Origin: Lama glama
Lineage: Eukaryota
Assembly (NCBI GenBank): GCA_028534125.1
Contig: CM052817.1
Location: 63,304,001-63,368,000, forward strand
DNA length: 64,000 bases
Direction: 5' to 3'
Shown: in pieces, positions 23,263 to 37,221 of the stretch
Layout: each line of letters starts with the position of its first letter
Numbering within the stretch: the stretch's first letter is position 1
Made by a program: the position numbers and the translations under genes
Notes under the pieces: generated by a model
What the model saw: only the letters and a program-made list of their open reading frames with translations
What the model was told of the DNA's origin: nothing
Databases searched by the model: none

Positions 23263-26094
23263 TTTCATGCTTCCTTCCCACCGCTGCTATTGCCTTCCTG
23301 GTTTATTCCAGGATTCAAGTGAGAATAGCAAAAAGAGGATATTCTCAGGAAGGGCTGGAGGTAACAGCTGGAACGGAAAGTTCTCTTACCTCAGATCACA
23401 AATGATGATGAAAGTAGCAGAGAGGAAAATAGTACGTTAGTGACTATTGAGTCCCATGATCCAGCATATGTGAATAAGCAGGGACTGGCATGGGGTTTGA
23501 ACCTAGGCAATAAACTAGACCCAGCTTCCTGGTCATGTTTTAAATGTAGAGTCTAATGAGGGAATTAAGAGTACAGCCTTTAAAAAAAAGATGTTTACAA
23601 CGTCGTTAAGTAAACCTAGATCACAGCTGGACTCAAGAATACTGATATCCTAGGCTTACTTTAAAGCTTATTTAAACCATAATCTCTGCCTCTAGCTATC
23701 TTTAAATGGGCTGTGGAATATATTCATGATTTACTTTTCTTTCTCTTCCCACTGCAAGACAAGGTATGTGATATGGATAAATCTTAAACATCTGTGAAGC
23801 CTTTATTTTACAATATCAGTTGATACATTAATATAACCATTGTTTTCTTCACTAATACAAATTTAATTTAATCTAATTTATTCCAATTGTAACAAATATC
23901 TGCTTAAGTACCAATGACATTATTTTTAGTACTATATTCTTGCAAACAGTTACTTTATGGCTAAAATTTATTTCACAGGGATATTCTAGACACAGTTGAG
24001 ATAAAATTTGTTAAAAGATTTCAGTAAGTTGAGGATGTTCATAACATATAGTAGATACATGGCAATAGAAAAGAGGAAAATTTTCACCAATTATTTTTTA
24101 CAGCGTCTCAATTCTGTTAGTTAGACTAGGACAGGGATGGGTTAAAATTAGCTTTTTTAATATCCTAAAATGTGGCAGTTTTCTATACTTAATCTTTTTG
24201 GATTTGGATATCCAGTGTGCATGTCAGTATTTGGAGATCCAAGACAAACAGAAAGATCAGAGAAGATTTTACAAATCCAAACATCTTTAAATGATAACAC
24301 ACAAACCAGTGGATTAAAGAGTGCAGACATCATTATGCTATAATCAGATGTCTCAAGGCCAGTATAAATGATCAATCAAATTGTGTTCAAATGGGTCAGG
24401 CAAATTTAAGTGATATTAATGAAGCAGACTCAGCATTACTTTTAAAATTACTCCCATACATAGCTTCTAACCACCTTCAATCTGTCCTTTCTCTGCTTTG
24501 TTGCTGTGGGATATTCTTTACACCATAATGTGTAAAGGCTCACGTTTCATCTGCTGATTTTTCATAAATCCACTGTATTGCTTGAGAAAGCTAAATTTGG
24601 CATGTTAAACTTACACCATATTTAAATGCTTAGACAAATAAAGTTATAAAAATGATTCACTTCATAATCTTGACATTTTCAACCAAATTTGGGAAGCTAA
24701 AGTTGGACAATACTGCAAAGTTGAAGAGCAATTAGCAATTAGGATTGTTTTAACTGTAAGAAAATCACAGATATTCTATTTCATTAAAATGGTCCCCCTA
24801 TTAAGGGAAAGGGGAAAAACAAAACAAAACCTGACATTGACTAGTAAAAGTCATTAAAAGAAACATAATACAACTGCAAATAGAAAAGATACTGCTAGAA
24901 AGAAAATAATGTGACTAAGAGCCTTGAAAAAAAAGTTAGCAGTGAAGAACTATAGCATTTTGAACAGTAAATCAAATTTACTGTAATATTGGAATGTATA
25001 GTTTTCTCTCAAATATATTCTAGCTCCTTATTATCCCTAATTGGTCACTGTAAAAAATCAAGGCAACATTTGAGGCATTAATGGAAAAGGCATTTTTGAA
25101 GTTACTCATATTGTACATATCCATAACTTAGAAACTGTGAATGTCCTTAAACTTAATGCAGCTCATTAATTCTTTGCAACACAGTAGTTACTAGCTAACA
25201 CAATAGTAAAAGTTCCATATCCATACCACTGGCTGAGCTACTATAGTGGAGAGTGTATTTTATGAATTAATTCAAAGACGTCTCTTTAGGCTCTCACTAA
25301 GTAGGTACAGTAAAAAGTGGTGTTGCCCTGTGAGTCAGGTAGTCTTACTCTATTTAAATATATACCCAGAGGGGGAAAAACATGCAGCATCCCAGAATCT
25401 GGGCTTAAAATCAATTTACGTTGAGAACCATAATGTCTCCTTTATAAATATTTATAAGAAGGGATTTTAGATTATATGTTCAGCGTTGAATGGTGCATAT
25501 TATTCTTATTAATGTTTCATAAACATTTGTACAAAAAACAATATGCTTTACCATACTTCTAAGTATTAAGTATTAAGTAGAATTATTGCAGCATCTGCTT
25601 CCAATGGTTGAGTGCACAAGCTATTCATGCCTTGTCGTAAATTCCATGATGCATTAAGATGTCATTAAACGTACCTTCTGTGGTTGTCTCCTAATTTACA
25701 TACCTTGTAAATCATCAGGTAAAAATCAAGTGAACAGGGGAATAGTCTTCTATACTCTTCCCTTCTGCCACAAACTGAGTGCAATTCATATTCTTCTCCA
25801 TTCCAGTCTTCAGCCACCTCACATGCCTAATCTCTGAGACTGTCTCAGAACATTTGAAAACACAGTTATTAATGATTTTTAAATGATGCCTGTAATAGTA
25901 TAGAAACAAACTTGGAAAATAGACTAGGAGATTATAGATGAGGTTAGGCATACCAGTTAAATTTAGCATCTCTATTGTAAACAGAGGCTATTCTTCCAGA
26001 GAACCTGCAAGTAGAGAGAAATTGGAAGATAACTGGGGGATTAACAGTCTCTTTTCTCTCAGTCCTGTTTTTAATGCCCTCACCATATGGTTCC

Positions 26095-26265
26095 TAGAAC
26101 AATAAAATCTCAGCATTAGAAGGGGCTTACTGCTCACCTGGTGCAATTCCCTCCCATTGTGGGATTCCTCTAGATTAGTGTCCATCTGTTGTCAGAACAT
26201 TTACAGTAATGGGGAGCCCACAGTTTTGTAAGAAAGTACATTCAGTTTGTCATTTGGATTGACTT
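26095..26265 (-). mobile_element. L3/CR1 LINE fragment
   Basis: 'atctcagcattagaaggggcttactgctcacctggtgcaattccctcccattgtgggattcctct...cagtaatggggagcccaca' resembles the recalled L3 consensus. Confidence 0.5.
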
Positions 26266-26775
26266 GCTTTTCAGGTTTAGAAGGGGAAACTGCATTTAAC
26301 TTTCAACCCCTTGTCTCCTACTATTTCACAATTGTAACAATGACAATTTTTCTTCAGATTGGAGTCTTCTGTTGAGTGCTACTGCTTTGTTAAGGAGCCA
26401 TGTCACTACAATATCATTCCTCTGAGTTTTGTTACCCATGGCATTTAGTTCAGAAACTATTATTAAAATCAACAGTTTCAGGCTACTTGGTTAAGTCACA
26501 ATTGTTAGGATGATGGAAAAATTGAGCTTCTGAAAAGAGCACATTTATATTTTTCCTAAACTGGACCTAGAACATTAATAATAATTTTTCTATCACAGAG
26601 AAAGATAAAATATCCTAGGAAATTTATTGTTGACGCTTGTATTTTTTACTGAAATTTAGATGAGATTAATATCCCACAGGAACCTAACAAAGTATTTTTG
26701 AGAGCAGTGTCATTAAAAATGGATAAATATATGTGGATTTTATATCCAAGACTCAGCAAAGAGGAGAATGATGAG

Positions 26776-27298
26776 TGTATTAATCAGAGTTCTTCAGAGA
26801 AACAGAACCAATAGGATATATATGGATATATTAAAAGAAGATTTGTTACAGGAATGGCTCCTGCAGTTATGGAAGCTGAGAAGTTCAACATTCTGCCATC
26901 TGTGAGCTGAAGAACCAAGGAAACCAGTGGTGTAACTCAGCTCAAACCTGATGGCCTGAGACATGCAGATGCGAAATAGCGGGAGAAGGCAATGACAAGT
27001 TTCAGAGTCTGAAGATCTTAGAAAGAAGGCAGAAGAAGGTTCAAGTCCCAGTTCAAGAAAAGAGAGAGAGAGAGAAAGAGAATTCGCCCTTTTCCACCTT
27101 TTTGTTCTATTTGAGCCCACAAGGGACTATATGATGCTTGTTCACTTTAGTGAGGGCAGATTTTCTTGACTCAGTGTACTGATTCGAATGCTAATCTCTT
27201 CCAAAAGCATCTTCACAGACACACTCAGAAATAATTCTTACCATCTATCTAGGCATCCCTTAGCCCAGTCAAGTTGACACATAAAATTAACCATCACA
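26776..27298 (-). mobile_element. Full-length ERVL solo LTR (MLT2C/D-like)
   Basis: Termini 'tgtattaatcagagttcttcagagaaacagaaccaatagga' and 'cccagtcaagttgacacataaaattaaccatcaca'; explains ORF 26794-27120. Confidence 0.9.
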
Positions 27299-28536
27299 AT
27301 TGGGAATAAGAAATGAAGCATGAAATCATTGCTGAGCAATACATGAGTTCAAGATGAACCATAATTTAGCTAGATTAAATCAATTTGTTTCATTTTGAAT
27401 TTGTTTCTTCCCAACGAAAGTTGTCTAACAAATACAATATTCTCTTATTTCAGGGTCATATTTTTCCCTTATGTTATGTGATTTTCCAGGCTATAATAAT
27501 TCCAGCCACTAACACCATAGAGGTCACTTGTCACAGGCTTATACTAAAAGATAAACTTCTGAAGTTTTGCCTTAGGGAAGAAGATATGGTTACCAAGTGA
27601 TGGGCAGTTTTAAAAACATTGTGACACAGAAGGGACATAAGCTTTTTGTTTTTCCTTGTTGTTTTGCTCAAAATATACGTATCAGTCTTTGCAACAGTGA
27701 GTCCTTGAATTGCTATTGAAAGGGGCATTGTGAGAAATGGGAATTCCCTGCAGTATCTAAACCTGTTAAAGCACCAAGAGTTTCTTGCTGCTTTTGTCCC
27801 CCAGGAAAACACTACAGTGTCCTGAGCAATCAAGGGAAGGGAGGAAGATGAATACAGGAGTGGAGAGGTCAGCAATAGGAGAGCAGAGAATGTTGTTCCC
27901 TTTTAAAAATGTATTAAAATACTGTACAATGCTCTAATATATCATTTTGCAAACATGTTTTCCTTTTGAGGCACTGAAGGCAATGCCAAGAAGCAGGTGT
28001 CAGGAGAAAAATGGAGGCAGCAGAAACAAATCCAAGTATATGAGCTTCTTTGACATTTTTTTCCTCTTCCATCTGTGAGGTTTCGATGGGCACACAAGGT
28101 CTGGGAAACTAATTTTAAATGTCATTCTCATCAGAACACAATCATATTTTCTATCAAATATAAAGGCAGATTCATTCTCAATAACAACACGTATACAAGA
28201 TTAAACCTGTTTTAAGTCAGCTTTTCAGATGGAGTTAAGATCTTGTTAATGTCAAGGAAAACAAGCATATATTTCCCACATGTTATGATTTAGAAACTAA
28301 AACTCCCCTGTCTCTTAACCAGTGATAATTATTTGGAAGTCTCCAAAATGAGGTTTACACATACAGTACAAGCTGGAAAGCTGGTATGAAAAAAGTTCAC
28401 ATAAAGAAAATTTTTCTTATTTTGAAGTCATGTAGGTTTGATTTCCCAGGATGAGTATCAGAAGCACTTGTAGATTATACCAGGCCGTTGATTCAACCCC
28501 AGATTCACATAAATTTAAATATAGAAGACATCTTTA

Positions 28537-30084
28537 TTATTTTTAATTGAAGTATACTCAGTTTACAATGTTATGTCAATTTCTGGTGTAACAGCAAAAT
28601 GTTTCAGTCATACATAAATATACATATATTCATTTTCCTTTTCTTTTTCACCAAGCTACTACAAGATATTGAATATAGTTCCCTGTGCTATACAGTATAA
28701 ACTTGTTTCATATGTACCAGTCAGTATCTGCAAATCTTGAACTCCCAATTTATCCCTTCCCACGCCCTTCCCCCCTGGTAACCTTAAGTTTGTATTCTAT
28801 GTCTGTGAGTCTGTTTCTGTTTTATTATAAGTTCATTTGTCTTTTTTTTTTTTTAGATTCCACGTATGAGTGATATCATATGATATTTTTCTTTCTCTTT
28901 CTGGCTTACTTAACTCAGAATGACATTCTCCAGGGACATCCATGTTGTGGCAAATGGCATTATTTTATTATTTTTTATGTCTGAGTAGTATTTCACTGTA
29001 TAAATATACCACAACTTCTCTATCCAGTCATCTGTTGATGGACATTTAGGTTGTTCCCATGTCTTGGTGATTGTAAATAGTGCTGCTGTGAACATTGGGG
29101 TGCAGATGTCTTTTTGACTAAAGGATCCCGCTTGATATATGCCCATGAGTGGGATTGCTGGATCATATGGTAAATCTACTTTCAGTTTTTTTGGATGAAT
29201 GTCCATACTGTTTTCCACAGTGGCTGCACCAAACTGCATTCCCACTAGCAGTGTAGGAGGGTTCCCTTTTCTCCACAGCCTTTCCAACATCTATCGTTTG
29301 TGGACTTTTGAATGATGGCCATTCTGATTGGTGTAGGTGATACCTCATTGTAGTTTTGATTTGCATTTCTCTGATAATTAGTGATATTGAGCATTTTTTC
29401 ATGTGCCTATTGGCCATTTGTTTTTTTTTTAACATTTTTTATTGATTTATAATCATTTTATAATGTTGTGTCAAATTCCAGTGTTCAGCACAATTTTTCA
29501 GTCATGTGGACATATACACACTCATTGTCACATTTTTTCTCTGTGAGTTATCATAACATTTTGTGTATATTTCCCTGTGCTATACAGTGTAATCTTGCTT
29601 ATCTATTCTACAATTTTAAAATCCCAGTCTATCCCTTCCCACCTTCCACCCCCCTGGCAACCACAAGTCTGTATTCTCTGTCTATGAGTCTATTTCTGTC
29701 CTGTATTTATGGTTTGTTTTTGTTTGTTTGTTTGTTTTTGTTTTTGTTTTTTAGATACCACATATGAGCGATCTCATATGGTATTTTTCTTTCTCTTTCT
29801 GGCTTACCCTATTGGCCATTTGTATTTCTTCCTTGGAGAATTGCTTATTTAGAATGCCTTCTGCCCATTTTTGGCTTGGGTTGTTTGTTTTTTTCTTATT
29901 AAGTGGTATGAGCTGTTTATATATTCTGGAAATCAAGGCCTTGTCAGTCTCATCTTTTGCAAATATTTTCTCCCATTCTGTAGGTTGTCATTTTGTTTTG
30001 CTTATGGTTTCCTTTGCTGTGCAAAAGCTTATAAGTTTAATTAGGTCCCATTTGTTTATTTTTGCTTTTATTTCTATTGCTTGG
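28537..30084 (-). mobile_element. 5'-truncated LINE-1 (ORF2 C-terminus plus 3' UTR), interrupted by a younger L1
   Basis: ORFs 28910-29290 and 29163-29435 give L1 ORF2 C-terminal peptides ([48 protein letters not shown]); TSD gaa(g/a)acatcttta at 28524-28536 and 30085-30097. Confidence 0.93.
29422..29807 (-). mobile_element. Young LINE-1 3'-end insertion (~385 bp) nested in an older L1
   Basis: Poly-T, then a 3' UTR matching the family at 14955-15300 and 54060-54430; perfect TSD cctattggccatttgt at 29406-29421 and 29808-29823. Confidence 0.95.
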
Positions 30085-32743
30085 GAAAACATCTTTAAAA
30101 TTGCTCATCTTCTTCCTTGTCATCAGAAAAGAAAACTGTCTTCCTTTTGTTAGTCTTATGGAAGGGCAGATGGATGCGTGGTAGAAAAAAATGGGACTAA
30201 GTGTTCCAGCTCCCAAATTCCATTCAGTGTTTTTCCCTTTACACAACAAAAGTGCAGCAGCTTTGCATTTTTTTTCCTATAACTTTAGCCATGTGGAATC
30301 CCAGGTACCAGAAATTATAATATTGCAACGTAATGATGATATATATCATGTTTTGCTTTCAATGTACTATATACTCTACTAGACAATTTGTATTCATTTA
30401 TTCTGAATTACTCAAGAAAAGTTTGACTGAATAGAACTTAAGCCCCTCACACAAGTTTAAACAGTCACTCATGAGTCTAAAGTTTTGAAGGCAAATTTAT
30501 AGAGTCTAAGTTTAGGAAACATAACACTTAGAACATTCTAAACTCGTGATTCCATGTCTACATTTTCCATGTATGTTTCTCTTTTTATACAAAATCTGTT
30601 TTATCCCATGATACCCATATTTCTGTGCAAAATTATTGCCTTCTGCTTTCCATGAATTTGACAGGCAGGAGACCTTGAACAGCTGTAGATCCATCAACCT
30701 ACTGATAGATTCAGAGACCAAAAACCAAATTCCTGAGCTTCTCTCTCTTTCTCATTTTTAAATTGACAAATAAGAAAATCTGATTATCTTCCTCTCTTTC
30801 ATGAACTACAATGAAGTTTTCATTAAAACCAGTACAGTTCAAATGATAGGTATCTTCTAAACAATGCATGCACACACACATGCAAACTGTCTGCCTAACA
30901 AAATAGTCAGTTCCTTAGGGTCAGGTACTATATTTTATGCTCCTTTAATATCTTCCAGGATCCTGGGGACACTATTGATGATAAATAAATAGTATTCTAT
31001 TGGTTGAACTGTCTGTGGTTGCCTTGAATTTTTGTGTAGTCTAAGACTATGTCCCTGAATTACTCCCTTAGTGATTAACCATGGTTAATTTTCTTCAGTT
31101 TCTGAAATAATCAAAAATATGTGACAAATGCCAACAACTTAAAATATTCAGATGGGACATTATTTGAAAATCAGTTTGAAATGATGTTAAGAATCATTCC
31201 CTTTGTATCCAGACAGTATTGTATAAAGAAAACACAAACAAACCAAAGACATTTCTCCATCTAATAGTAACCATGGGAAATTACTGAAACTCTCGCCTCT
31301 CAATTTCCTCATCTAGCACCCAAGTTGTAAAATGATAGAAGTAGATGGAAGAAGGTGAAGTACTCAAGAAGCTTCCAATCATGTTCTGTCAATTCCAAGG
31401 GCCATGTGAAACTCAGAGCTTTCTGGGAGAACCATGTTTGCCTGGGGGAAAGTGGGCAAGATTGAGTAGGGTGGAACTTTATTATTCCCTTCAAACTTGA
31501 ACCAGAGGAGCTCCATTTTTATCAGCTGTTGTCAGTTGGTACATATAGGATTTCTGTAATATGCTTTCCTTTGACAAGTTATGCTGCCATTTTTTAAGCC
31601 ATAGAATTAATGATATCCTCAACTCCTATATTGTATGATATTACTGCCAGATAGTTACTTATGGTCTCTCAGGAGTCAAAAGAATGGTCTGTTTCTCTTC
31701 AACTATCACATTTTCCAGCCTCTGCATGGAATCCTAACAGTCCTCCTGGCACCCAGGAGAAAGCCCTTATTTTACAGCTTGTGCAGCATTGGAAAAGTCC
31801 AGTATTCACCCTTAGAGATGAAAGAGGAAACTGGTGGCTCACGGCTCAAAATTTCCTGTTATTCCTGTCATCAAATACAACTCAAATCAGATTTGACCTA
31901 CTCTGGCTTTATTTCTTTAATGGGCTAAACACTCAGAAGCTGGAGAAAGAATAAAGGGGAAAGGCTCAAATGTATATCAAAGGTCAAAGTTACAAGTGTG
32001 AGAATTACTGCCTCAAAGGGACCACTGTGACTTTGTAGGTTTTTAAAAAATATGTCTATTTATGATCAGTTTCTTTCTCTTGTCTGAAGGAAAGATGGAG
32101 GAAGGGAGGTGAGACTGAGTATAGTAGTGGAAATTAGTAAGTTATTAGTATTTTATCTTTAATTGAGCATCAACAAGGTGTTTTGCTGTATCAAATACTG
32201 AATTAGACACAGTTGTTCTCCAGTAACCTCACTTTTTTGTTAGAATATTTTCTGTTACTAATCAAGTGCAGTCAATTCTTATACTACAAGCAACAAAGAA
32301 TCCATTAGGGACATAAGCATCTGTTGGACACTGTTTTGAGAAGTACAATAGGTGGTTTTCCAATGCTTGGTCCATGTTTCTGTGTAATAATCCAGGATCA
32401 TCTGTGTTACAACAGGCAGTTTCTCCTTCCCATAATTTTATTGGGAGAAATATTTAAGAACCTGTTTATAAATACTCTAGAAGCCTATCCCTGATCCAGT
32501 TGCTTTTAATTTGACCACTGGTATATATTTTACTTGAGGAAAAATAGTTATTAAATCACAAATTTTTATATATATTTCTATGTTAACAGAGCTACTAGAT
32601 CACACCAAAAATGATTTTATTACGCTCATACTCTCCCCAAAAGATCATCTGAATTGTAGTCTCGTGAAGAATAAATCAAATCATTCTGCCACCACTACAG
32701 ATATGGAAGTTGCATACAATTACATGTTATGTCACTGAGTGTC

Positions 32744-33268
32744 TCTATCAGTTAGGAGGTGTGTTTGGATACTCCTAAGACCAGAACCCAGGAGTTAAAA
32801 TGAACTAGTGTTTATCTTCTCACAAAAGAACAAGTACATCAGTAGACATTATCAAATTGGTGAGGTGACTGCGTAATGTCATTAAGCAACTCAAGCTTCT
32901 GTTTTTCTGCTGCATATCCTTCTATTCTTATCCACAAATTAAGAAGATGATACCAGAACTCCAAATTCCATGTGCTTGTTGCAGCAGGAAGAAGAGCAAA
33001 GAGAAGGAAAGGGCAAAGGGCTCCTCCCAGCTAATTTAGAAATCTTAACCAGGAGCCCCACCAATAGCTTGCATCTGTATCTCATCATCCATAATGTAAC
33101 ACACATGGCTTCAATGACAAGAGAAGGCGGCTATAAATACTCTTTTAGCTGAGCAACAGGGCCACTTGGATAAAATGGGAGATAGTGGTAGGGAAGTAGC
33201 TCTTCCTAAGAAAAAAAGAGAAGAAGGAGAGAAAGAATATTGAGTAGTAACTCGAAGTTTTTTGCACA
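32744..33268 (-). mobile_element. MaLR LTR (MLT1J-like)
   Basis: 'tctatcagttaggag...gcagcaggaagaagagcaaagagaagg...acacatggcttc...cttttagctgagca...gaatattgagtagtaactc...ttgcaca'. Confidence 0.65.
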
Positions 33269-35822
33269 GTGGCCTACATTTGACCAGGTATTATATTTCA
33301 TTATTTTCTCAATGGCTTCATATTTTGATTTTATATAGCACCTGAATATTGCTTCTTAACCATGCATGCTTATGGACAGCATGGTTCTCTACAATGTCAA
33401 ATATAGGCTCAATGATGTTTTAAAAAAAAAAACAACAACCAGATTGAGTCAAGTTTATTTGACAACATTACATTAAAATAATTTAAAAGAGGTGTTCTGT
33501 AAACTTTGAAAATACCTTTGTTTTTAAGCTGATACACTCAAAAAGCTAAAACCTTCTTGAAGAAATTCTGTTTCAGATTCTGAAGAAATTGATGGCATAA
33601 CATTAAAAATCTGAAAATAATATTATGAATCATGGAGAAAATAATTATGTTCTAGTTCATTGATTTTTATAAATAAGTGTGACATCTCTTATGGCATTTT
33701 ATCCTTATATGATTCTTCATTAAATAAGGAAAAGTGATTTTATAGTAGACTTTATGTTTATTTCAGTTTAATTAATGTAACTGATAGTATAAATGTTGAC
33801 TTCTCAAATGAAAAACCACTAAATAGTAACTTCTTTGGTGAAACCCAAGGTCATCAAAACACTATAGCATATCTGTAGATTAATCTGAATGAATCTGGTA
33901 CCCCAACCATTTAGGTAATTGGTCAATTCTATGTAGTAATTTGAGTATGATGTTAATGAACTAACCACTACTATAAGAACACTGAGCTACTAGCAAATGT
34001 TTGGTTGTTGTTTTGGGGTTTAGCAATTACACCTTTTGGGTATATTGTATAACTGAAACACTTGTTAATAGGATAAGTACTAGGCTACTCAGTTGATTTC
34101 GTTACACAACTTTTAATTTTTTCTCATTTATTTTTAACCATTTTAACACAGATCATAATTTCAAAGTATTTAACACCTTACAAAGTTAGTATATCTCAAA
34201 AAAATTATTTAAAATATTTTACCCTGACCCAGTTCCCACAACAGCTGGAAATGACTTGTAAAACCAAAACTATATCCATTCTTACATTTAATAAAATAGA
34301 TTATACTTTTAAATTTTGGAAGAAAAGTTAAATACAAAGCACAATGGTCTTTTTAAGCTGGCATTTTCAACCCTAATCCATCCCATGAGAGAAAAGTGTG
34401 TTTTTGTCCATTATTAGTAAGAGAAAACTTACTCCCTTTCTAATATTTCATAATCCTAACATCAAGAAAGTAAAAGTCAATTTCACTCACTCACACTTTC
34501 TTAAGACTTATTTCACTGTTAATTTTGAGCTATCACAAAGTCCTAAATTATGAGGGTTGCACAAACTTAGACTAGGATATCGCTTGGAATTCAAGTTCCA
34601 CCTATCTTCAGGATAAATTAGACAGAGACCATCATGAGAATCAAAAGGAGATCAGTAAGCGCAATTTACTACCCAATGAAGAAATTACCTCCATATCACT
34701 TTCAACAAATCATTGTCTAGTTTTGCATAAATTTCAGAACTTAAGAATTTTTTCTTTATATATTTTTTAAAAAGCTGTTTTGTTTCTTAAAGACATTTTG
34801 GCTTTAGTTTAGCTGAACATATCCCGCGTGTTTCCACCCACTGCCTTAACTTCATCCTGTAGAATGACACAGAATCAGTCTAATTCTTCCATGTGACTGG
34901 TCTTTATACATGGAAACCAGTAAAGCTACCTTTCCTATTTCTATTCCTTTCAAGCTAACCACCTATTGCTCCCTCTGCTTTCCCTCATGTGACTCAGCTC
35001 TTAGACCATTAATGAGCTCCTTCCAGTTTTTTCCTGGACTTACACTAGATGTTTTTTGTTTGTTTGTATGTTTGCCATGTTCTATTAAAGTGCCTCCTCC
35101 CCCACCCCAATAACAAACACAGAAATCAAGATATGGCCAAGAAATTTTATCTCCCTTGCTTGAGATACTGTATGCTTACTAAAATAGGCTAAAGTAATTT
35201 ATCTCTGTTTGCAGCCATAGGTCACTATTGTCTAAGTAGGAGTTTTTAGTCGATTAAAATCACTAGGTCATTCTTACTTAAAATTCAGTTGAGGCAGTTC
35301 TAAAGAGAAACATTTTCAGCAGCCTTGATGAAATACAGTTGTCTGTGACCCTCACTATGCCAGTTAAATAATCTTGTCAAAACAGGAGAAAAATCAGGAA
35401 AAACAAGAGAATTTTAAAATTCTCAGTGAATAGAGATAGGGTCATAACTACCAGTACTTTCTTTCTTAAGTCCTGAAATGATTCTGTTTAATTTTGCTGA
35501 GGTTGTTGCCAAGATCACTTGTCTATATTTTTAGAGATCAAGCTTCCACAAGATAAAAAGAAAGGAAGAGAAAAGAGGAAAACGTGAGAAATAAAATATA
35601 GAATGTAAGAGGCTAGTGGCAGAAGAGAGAGGGAGTCATGGAGTGAAGAAGAATGAGAAAGAAAAGGAAGAAAAAAGAGAAAAAATGTAGATAACTTACT
35701 TACACTGATTTTGAAATGATCCATAATTCTTCAGTTATTACCAGTAGTAGGCCTGGAATTAAAACTTCAAATTCTTTCTTGTTTCTTGAGTATAACTTAT
35801 CTGGGCAAGAAATGTAAACTTA

Positions 35823-36035
35823 AGATGGGGCTGTTTGTATCTGCATCCATGGATTCAACTTTGAATTTCTTGATACATAATCCACAGGTCCTGAACTTGT
35901 GGACACTGAGGAAATAGAGTGGAAAACTAAGGGCTGACTGTACTATAGCATTTTATGTAAGACTCGAGCATCTGCATATTTTGTTATCCACAGGAGTCCG
36001 AAAACCAGTCCCACATGGATGCGGAGAGATGACTG
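35823..36035. mobile_element. MER2/Tigger-like Tc1-mariner MITE
   Basis: 'cattttatgtaagactcgagcatctgcatattttgttatccacaggagtccgaaaaccagtcccacatggatgcggagagatgactg' followed by TA; preceded by TA at 35821-35822. Confidence 0.75.
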
Positions 36036-37221
36036 TATTTAATTAATCAGTTAATATTTAATAACTCACTTATGAAATTAAAATATTTTCTCAACCAAGT
36101 TTTGTTTATCCTGTTTCACTTTTTTATAGGCATTTGCATGTTCAAAGAGAAACCTTTTATCCTAAGAAATGGACAGCACTTTTCTAACACTTGACTTTCG
36201 TTTGTAAAAGCAATCTTATATCCTCACAAAACATGTTTTTGACCTAGAAAAAAGCATTTTTACTTATTTGAAGTTGCCATATCACTCAAATATAATATGG
36301 ATTAATCCTCAAATCTAAATCACTGTTAATTTTATAAAGATAGCTACCATAGGGAAAAATGACTATTTCAGGTGTTCATCTTCAGAACAAAATACAAATT
36401 ACAGCTTAAATCTCTTTGGAGATTCACTTTTCATATGCCTGAAGTGCTTCATTATGCAACATTATTTTGTTATGAGCATCTTATTGTTCTGTCTTGCAAC
36501 CAGATGTGCTGAAGACAACTCTCTAACTCAAGGTAAATTATGTGAAAATGGAAAGGAAAGAAAATTATTTCCTTGTTTATTATGTTAGAATGTAAGATGT
36601 GTGTTGACCTATGTAAAAATACCTAATGGTAACTTGAGAATCTTTAAGGTAAGTATATTTTTCTGAAATACCACTGTTTCTTCTGTTAGAGAGAGAGAGG
36701 GAGGGAGAGAGGGATTCTTAATGAAAATACATTCTCACTTAGATATAATAGGATTTAGGAAATACACTAGCTAATTAAATGCACATATGTTAGGGTTCTA
36801 CTGTTTTGAAGGAAGTATTTTCTTTACTTTGTGAAAGTTTATTAAACTCGTTTTTACAAGGTAGTGCACAAACATTTGAGAAAATAATGTAACAGTTTAA
36901 TTTTATTGATGAAAAACATTAATCAATAGTCAATCAAAGAAAGAAATAGAAAATTTTATTTGAGCCAACCTGAGGATTATAACTGAAAAAACAGTATTCC
37001 AGAAAGCTCAGAGGACTGTTATGTCCATTAGAGACTGAAGCACAATTATATAAGTTGTTGAGATAAAACGTTATATGTCAAATGACAGTTTACACAATCC
37101 AGATCTGCATTTACAAAGCAAGTGGTGGGTCATGGGTCATAGTGACCCCTTACGAGATTGAGAAGGATGGTTATCTCCTTAGGAGTTGTGACCCTTTATA
37201 AGAGTAAGACAGAATGTTATC

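Noticed and set aside
23312..23435. Plus-strand acceptor 'ccttcctggtttattccag' with a short open frame
   Set aside because: Donor candidates are mediocre, the peptide is unrecognised and no partner exon is evident.
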